Assembly (NCBI RefSeq): GCF_037042905.1
Contig: NC_087251.1
Location: 27,902,001-27,966,000 of the forward strand
Length of the DNA stretch: 64,000 bases
From: Lytechinus pictus
Taxonomy: Eukaryota
Reading direction: 5' to 3'
Part shown: piece by piece, positions 54,301 through 63,300 of the stretch
How positions within the stretch are numbered: the stretch's first letter is position 1
Layout of the letters: each line of letters starts with the position of its first letter
Position numbers and translations under genes: made by a program
Notes under the pieces: model-generated
Told to the model about the DNA's origin: nothing
What the model saw: only the letters and a program-made list of their open reading frames with translations
The model's database searches: none

Positions 54301-57300
54301 TATTCATTTAGCATACTTGCATTGTAAAGAATAATGAAAATTAGTTAAATATGATACTTATATATAGAGTCATTGAATACAGGCTCTAATGCCAAGAAAC
54401 GGATGAGAAATTCCATTCTTCTTGCATGTGGATATGAATCAGTATTAAAAGTGAATTGCTCTTGTTTCAGGCTGGTATCCCATTCTTCAAGATGCTATCC
54501 CTACTGGTTGAACCTGTACCACCAGGATGTTCCTCCTTCACACCTATCATCCTTCAAAGAATATGGGATGTAAGTACCTGCTTTAGCAATATTCTCTATA
54601 GAAGGACCACCTGTCTATAAAGACCAGGGGCCGTATTCTGAAAATTGTCTAAAGAAAAATAATCTTGCATCTTTAAAATCCGTATTCCTGAAATTCTTGT
54701 ATCTTGTCTTGTAAATTTTCTTGTAACTTTAGCTGAGCGCGTATGATGTCAGAGCTAGAATTATACGTAAAGTTGAAAACGGCGCATAAATATCCCTTTG
54801 AGCAAGACAAAATATCGAGATAAAAGTTATTCTGAAAATTCTCTTATCTTTGCGTTCTGTTCACTTGCAAAATACAAGAAAATTTACAAGAGGTAGGGGG
54901 CTATTGTAACTTATTGTTGCATGCAATATTCGTCCGTCTGCAATAATCATTTCTTGCTGCATCCCGCAAGAACATCATGTTTTACAAAAGGAGACATTCC
55001 AAAGACATTATAACGACGGATCGTTAGACTATTCAGCAATTAAAAATTAGTGGTCGAGAAGATAAATCTTTTCAGAGAAAATATGTCTTTGAGAAGAGCC
55101 ACATGTATTTTTAGCACAGAAGCGCACAAGCATAAGCGTCGGGGGCGCAAGAACCCCAACCATATATCTTAGATGCAACCTTATGCAACCATATATCTTA
55201 GATGCATATATCTTAGATTGCAACCCTAACCATATATCTTAGATGAAATATAGCCCTGAGCAATTGTCGCCAGAGAAAATGTTGTTTTTCCCCATAAAAT
55301 ACTTTTTTGTCTCCCTTGCATGGTCCGTACAGGTTTCATTGTTATACTTCTAATAATGGTCTGTGTGTTAGTCCCAAAATGACAGTATCTCATTTTATAG
55401 ATTTAGACACCCAAATCAATATGAAACAGGTCACACTTGTGGAATTTTGTGTGGAAAAAATAAAAACCTTGTTTGGGTCTTACAATATAATTGTCATTAG
55501 TGCGGATGTATCAAAAGGTCTGAAATTGTTCAATCCCTGTCAGGCCCTAAATAGCAGCATATGTCCATTTGACAAAGTAACCTATCAAGCCTTTATTCTC
55601 ATCTGTTTCTGTACAGATCTCTGAGTACAACCCGCAGCAGGTCCTGGACTGGTTAGCAGCCCAGGTCCCAAGGAACAAGCTAGCCCATCATTGGGTTCTA
55701 CATCATATAGACAGATGGGTGGAGATGTTCCTCATTCATCAGAACAACAGGGTCCGAAATGGTAAGTTTTCTTCCAAATTCTCTCATGTTGATGAAATAA
55801 TTAAATGCCATTCTAAGTCCAAATCTGGTTTGAAAAAAAAAGAGGAACTTTAAGTATTTTTATTTCTAGGCAAGATGATAATAAAAAAAAAGACACTGCA
55901 TGGTTGACACAAAAATTAGAATAGAATGATATTGAGCACCACCCAATGTCAGGCTCTCCATATCTGGTTGTTGTATACATGAAATAAATTAATATATATA
56001 AATATACATGTAAACATATTAGATTTTGGCATCTCTGGCTTTCCAGAGTTGTCATTGATCATATCTATCACAACTCTTTGTGAGACAGGACCCTATTTTC
56101 TGTCTTTCATTTCAGAATTCAGTTAGTTCAATAGGAAATATCAGAATGTTAGTTTTGCTGAGTGAATGAAACTGTTTTTTTCATTTGTTTTTTGTCTTGT
56201 AGCTGCTGCCTTCCTGCTGATCTCCCTGGTACCTGATCCTCACTTCAGACAATCATTCAGATCAGCTAGATCACTCCATAGTCCACAGAGAGAGATCAGA
56301 GTAAGTTGACCATTGGCCCAATGCTTGAAAAAATGAAAGATATTGCTTTCTGTGACTACTAGAGTTTGGTTTAAATTATTACATTAGCATTAAGATTACA
56401 GAGCTGCAAATTCCTTATGAATGTTAGGGAGACACTCTAGACATCTGATGATATTGGTATGAAGAAATCTCAAGGATGGTTGTATAAACATAAATTTACT
56501 CTCAATAATTCCAAATTTGTAAGGATCTTTTTATCTTGATGGTAAGGGTAGATAATTGCCCACGAAAGTAGTTGTACGAATGGAAAGAAAGAAACAATGG
56601 AAGGATGAAAGAGAGGTTCTTTTTTCCTCGTCAATCAATGGAAAGATGATGGAAGTCTGTTAATTCAATAAAGAGAACATACTTGGTGATTTTAAGTGTG
56701 GTATTCCTGTCGATGTTTTCGTTCAAAGCGCAATTTACATTGCCTTCCCTAGCTCTCATGATTTATCTTACTTTACAAAAGAAATGGTCCAAATCGCATT
56801 ATTGAAAGCTCAACACCTAGTGAGATTTATCCCATGAACAATTTCATATCAAATGTGATGCTAAGCTGATGTAAAAATCTGTCAAACACCTACAACAAAA
56901 GGTAACACTTTTCTTGTAATCACCAAATTTTAGTGTAAACCAAATTGTTCATTATTCCTGTACTAATAACCAAATGTAGTTTTAACCAAATGTTTTTATT
57001 ATTGTTTTGTTGCAGCTGGCTCCAGAGTCTCTGATGGTGTTACATCAAATATACTCACTGCTCCTATCACTTCTCCCCAGAGCTAAACACTATGTTGGTA
57101 AGTTATTCTTAATACAATGAGGAGTGCATCCATGGAATTAGACCAATGTAGAGAATGTAGTATGTGCATTATTATTATGAATATTCACTCAGGACTTGAT
57201 TGAAGAATAATATTTGTGGAGTGGAGACACGAACCATAATATACTACCCTTGTGTATTTTGTGCATATTTTAACAACCATACATGAAAGCTGTATTGGGA

Positions 57301-60300
57301 TAGTTTAGTTGTCAAACCAGATGTATTTTGGATGTATGATGTCTATTTTTCTTCAAACAGATGATTGTGATCTTTCTTTCTGTTCTTTAATATTTATAAA
57401 GTTATTAGTAACTTCTTATTTTTTACAATTTTGTCGAAAAAAATCAGGATTTTTACAGGCAGCTTTGAAGCTAGCATGTATTATTTATAGATAAGTTTGT
57501 TATTTGTAATTTTCACAAAAGAACTGATATTATCTTTCATCATAACCTATAAATGAAAAAGGATTGTAAAAATCCTGAAATTGTTCTTATACATATTAAA
57601 TTTATCAAAGGATCAAAGGGGGTAACTTCAGAAGTGTGAGATGAAGCTGGCCACCCCCATTCAACTGGAACAAATCCGTTTTTAAAAATTTTGGATTGCT
57701 TACTGACTCACCGTGATATGCTAATTTTGTGTATTCTTTCATGTACAGATGTAACAGCCCATGGTACTTCTAAGCTGGTAGCTTACTTTGCTGTACTCAA
57801 TCATTGCCTTATCTCTAGAGCTGAGAAGAGAATGGTAAGAGAAACAAAAAGTCTTCTTAACATGTACTTAACATCACCAGGGTCCCGTAACACAAAGGTT
57901 AGCGATTAATCGTACACTTGATTTTTACAATTGATTGTACAATGTAGTCAATGGAATCAATCGTAGAAAAATGTTCTACGATCATTGCTAAGCTTTGTGT
58001 TACGGGCCCCTGGTGGGTGCTTCATAAAGCTGTTTGTAAGATACGAATGACTTTACGCACGACCGGTAACCCTTTCTCATGCCAAGTGATATATCCCTAT
58101 GTAATTGAGTTAAGACCTAAGAACATGTTCCAGTTGTGTGTAAAGTTGTGCGTAAGTTTACAAACAGCTTTATGAAACACCCACCAGGTTTCATAAATAT
58201 GATCAATCAATCGATCAGTTGCAAGTTACAAGCTATTATTTGCCATAAGAGTTTAGAATTATTAATTACAAAATTGATTGTGACATGGGATCTATATCCC
58301 TTTCACAATTTTTTTTTATTGTTAGCACTCAGAAGTGAGGTTGATTATTTTGATGGGCCATATTAAGGCTGGGGTTATGGAACCATTTCTATAAAGCACT
58401 ATATAAACATTATCTATTGTTATAGTGATTGTTTTTTGTTATAAACTATAAAATGACACGCTGATATTATTTGTTCATTTCAGTTCTCTGCCCATTTCAT
58501 GGATCTGTGGAATCTGTACCAACCTAAGTTATCTGAGCCACCCATCTCATGCAACCACAACAAACAGGTATGTTAGGCAGTCATAGATGATGAGGAGGAA
58601 GATGATGGTGGTGATGACGATGATGAAGATGATGATGATGATGATGATTGTGGTGGCTATGGTTATGGTAATGATGATCATGGTGATGAAGGTAATGTTG
58701 ATGATAGTGATGATGATGATGATGGTAGTGGTCGTGATGCTGATGATGGCGGTGGTAATGATTATGATGTTGATGATGTAATGATGATGATGATTAAGGT
58801 GGTGATGAAAATGATTTTGATAATTGTTTTAGTGATGATAGTGGTGACGATGGTAATGGTAATGATGGTGTTGTTGATGATGATTGTGGTAATGCTGATA
58901 ATGGTGATGATGAGGATGATGGTGATAATGATAGTGATGTTATTGATGATGATAATGGTGGTGGTGACGGTGATAATGAGGATGATGGTGATAAGGATGA
59001 TGAGGATGATGATGACAATGATAGTGATGTTATTGATGGTGATAATGGTGGTGATGATGCAGTGCTCTGGTATGATTTCATCATTCTTCTGTCTTCTTAT
59101 GATGTTTATACATCAATTTATCATTTCATTTTCAGGCTCTGTTACAGTTTTGGTACAATGCCTGTGTAGAATATCCAGAAAACGTAGAACTCATCATAAC
59201 CAACCACACCGTTATGAAGCACATCCCATACAACTACATTCTGTAAGTAAAAAGAAAATTATAGATGGAATAATGTTTGATTTATTTTGTCACATTCATG
59301 TGTTATCATTCAGTCAATATCACAAAAATATTTCTTTTATTGCTTCATTGTCAAAAATTAAATTACCTGGACTCTGAATATAAGAAATGTGAATGTAGAT
59401 ATTAATGACAAAGTTTAGAAACTGTGAAACCCTGATTGATGGAAATAAATTTATTGAAATTTCTCAGTGGGTTGCCGATTGAAGGAAAGATGCTTTTTTT
59501 TCTGTATACAAAACAAATTCAGATGAAGAAATCATTGCAAATTGTATTCTATTTCACATCTTGTATCTCAATAGGCTCCCGAGTGAAAACAAAAATGGTT
59601 TGAACATGTACAAATATGGTTTTTTTTTATTGTACAAGGAAGATATGCATAAGGCAATCTCTTCCAAAAATGTTTAAATATATAAAAATACAACTTATTG
59701 GTTGCGCAAGAACCCCTGTAAATCTCAATTGGGTTTAAAATGAAATGTAATTCGGCATGAACAAAAATTGGATGAATAGTCCACATCCAGAATCAAAATC
59801 TGTTATTTCCCAGCATTCATGTGCCCTTGATCTCGTTTACAGTGCCGATCATGATGATCAAGAAGTGGTGGTATTCAATCGTATCATGCTGCCAGCGTAC
59901 TACGGTCTCCTGAGGTTATGCTGCCACCAGAGTCCACAGTTCTCAAGAATGCTTTCAACACATCAAAACATGCAATGGGCTTTCAAGTATCTCACTCCAC
60001 ATGCTAACCAGTATCCTATGGTATGTGTAAATTGTACAGAGCAAAGTAGAGCAAGATATGAATACTTCTCAACCTTGGCTAAAGGAAGCAAGTGACACAT
60101 CAGTGAAATTTGAGTTATTGTTGTTACTGAAACACCCTTTGTATGTCGAACGTTTAGGCAAAATATTTAGGGAAGAAATGCTCGTTCCATGGAAAGATAT
60201 TGAAGAAAATATGCTGTTAAATTGCATTGATGCCTATGTTAATGACGAATGCACATTTCTCATTTACAACAAATGATACTATTGTAACTTGCTTCCTTTT

Positions 60301-63300
60301 GCCAAAGTATGGCATAATAATAGATAGATATATAAACAAATAGATTAGTGGAAAGGTAGATATGGATATGTAGATGATGGATGTATAGAAAGAAAAGGAT
60401 GGACAGTTAGATAAATTGATTGATTGATAGGTAACAGGGTATAATGAGAAATGACACATGTTACAATATGTTATATCTGGCAGATACCTCTATTAATTTC
60501 ATCATCTATTATCATTTTCCATTGATCAGGTTGTTGAAGAGTTGTTCAGGATGATGAAGCTGTTTGTAACAAGACGAGGTGACATTGATGATGAAGAGGA
60601 ACACATTACAGAGTTCAAGAAGATGACACTCCTCTGCTATCTGGAGTGTCTGGAAAGGAGCTCATGCTGGACAACACTCATTAGGTTAGATGGTGGAACC
60701 TGATTATTACTAGACTGATGAATGGATGGATGAATATAATTTTGGGTGGAAAGATGGGATGGATAAATGAATCATATGGATATTTGTTGATGATCAAATG
60801 GATGAAAGGTTGGATGGATGGATGGATGGATGAATGAACTGGTAGATAGATAAGTTGATAGATTGAAGTGTAGATGGATGAATGGATGGAAGGATGGATG
60901 AATAAATTGATTGATGGAAGGATGGGTGGATGGATGTTGCTTGATCGGGGGATGACTGAGTGAATACAAAGAAGAAAGAAAGGATGGATGAATAGATAGA
61001 AAGTTTGGTGGAAAGATGGGATAGATGGTTCAATGACTCGGCAGATGAATGGATGAAAAATGTGATTATGAATTCATTAATGAATGAAAAAAAATGTTAT
61101 AAATGTATTCACTCATTTCTCATTTTTTTATGCAGTGCCTTCAGGTTATTAATAGAGAATGATGAAGACAGGTCAGTGGTTCTTAGTAAGCAAGGATTGA
61201 GCAGACTAGCTGATGTAAGTACCCCTCTCCTACATGAGGGTTCTATTATTTTTCTATGTGCTTTTACGTGTACATTCATTTCATTTCAACAGGTTTTAGG
61301 CAAAGTATGGTTTATTGGATAATTAACCCTTTTATCACATGCATTATGAAAGTCAAGCTTGCTGGATCATGTTTGAAGCTGGTATGGCCACACATAAAGT
61401 TATGACAAGTTTCTTTTTAATAATGATAATGTAATTGATTGGGGGAAAAAAAACGGAACAATTTTCTGTGAGTCTTATGACAGAGTATAGAAATAGAGTA
61501 CAAATGCTGTTGATTAGTTGAATAGATGAATAGGCATTATTTCATTTGTTCATATGGTTTGTGGACCAGAGCTGACAAAAGCAAGCTAACACTAGACATG
61601 ACCATCTACTTGAGCCATGAACAGTTTCAGGAATAAATGTTCAGTTTGACTCTGCAAAAGAATAGGCGCATTGATGTCAGGCTAATACTGATTATATTGG
61701 AACAATCTTCCAACTAAACTAAAAGACTGTAGATCAGTAGAACATTTCATGGCCAGTTTGAAAACTTATCTAATGGCCAAATTGTAAGTTGTACCAGTAG
61801 AGAGTTAAGTTAATTGTAAGCGCCTTGAGCACCCCTAATAGTTTGCGCATTATAAATGTCTTATTATTATTTTTCTGGATAAAAATGTGTATTTTACATC
61901 AACTTTATTCATAATTTTTAAAAGAAAATGATGCAATAAATTATAGCCAAATCAGACAAATATTAAATAGTGATGTTTCTCACAATCACACATTTGTATT
62001 TAGAATATCCTGGTGACATAAATGTTTTGTTTTGCTTTATCCATGATCATTAGGCCTTCTTCACCCTTCATATGATGTACCATGAGGCCACAGCTTGCCA
62101 TGTAGCGTGTGAGCTGGTTGAATTACTCTCAACAACAAATGCTGTCTTGAGAGTGGCCATTCAACAACAAGACTTGAAAGGTAAATTATATTGAGGATTG
62201 GCCATGATTGTAGTGATAATTGTAGCACTTCTAGTAATAACAGTGTTAGTAGTTGTAGTATTAGGAGCAGCAAATGTAGTTGTTGTAGTAGTAGCAGCAA
62301 ATGTAGTTGTTGTAGTAGTAAATATTAGGACCGGTAGAAGTGGTAGAGATAGGAGTATTATTGTTATTTTGTTGTGAAGTAGTAATAATGAAGTTGATGA
62401 TGCTGACAATTGGGATGATGAAGATTATTTCAGCAGTTCAATTGAATTTTTTGTAATTCTTTTGCACTAACCATGCTATACCAGTAGAATGTAGATTCCT
62501 ATTTCTCCCATTCTCTGTTGTTATTACAGAAGTGAAGCAGTCACTACTTCAGTTTCCCGAGAGGATGGACTTTGCACACAAGCTTCTCACGTTACTCAAC
62601 TCATACACCCCAGATAATGTCAGGGCTGAGTGTGTCGGTAAGTCGGCTTCCAAGTCTGGTGTTTAACACTGGTGTGGCAGGCTGGTAAGATCATTGTAGA
62701 GCAGAGTTTGTTAGGAAGTGAGACTTGTCAGGGGACCTACATGCAGTGTTTCAAAAGAAATCAAAGGAATCACAATGTATGGCATTCTGTGTTTCACTCT
62801 TTCAATGTGATCATTTATCTAATGTAGGTCTACACTTGTAAAATTTCAACCATTACCCTATTCTTTTAATAAAACATTGATAATATGTAATGCATACTGA
62901 CTTGTATTTCCATATTTTTATATTTTATGATCAAGCATTGAGTAAATGATAATTTTTCTGACTTCTGTGGGCAGCAGTGTTGTCATTACAGTGGTCAATG
63001 CCAGTCAGAATATTCCACTACTTAAAAATTCTAACCGGCACTCAGTGCAATATAACAACTGCCGCTTGGCACTGATTTCCCCACTTAAGTAAAAAAAAAA
63101 AATGTTAAATGGCAACCCTGATTGGCAGTACCTTCAAGATGTATATCTATATAGACAATAACTGTAGCATGTGTATCATATTTGCTCATGTTCCTCTCCT
63201 GTATTTGACTTTCAGGTGTCCTTCACAGCATGGTGACCTTGTACCCACATGACTTTGTTCAGAGGGTAGTACCACTGATGCACCATGCTCATCGCCAGTT

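Noticed and set aside
58587..59084. Met/Val-rich and Ser-rich ORFs
   Set aside because: Translation of a (GAT)n microsatellite.
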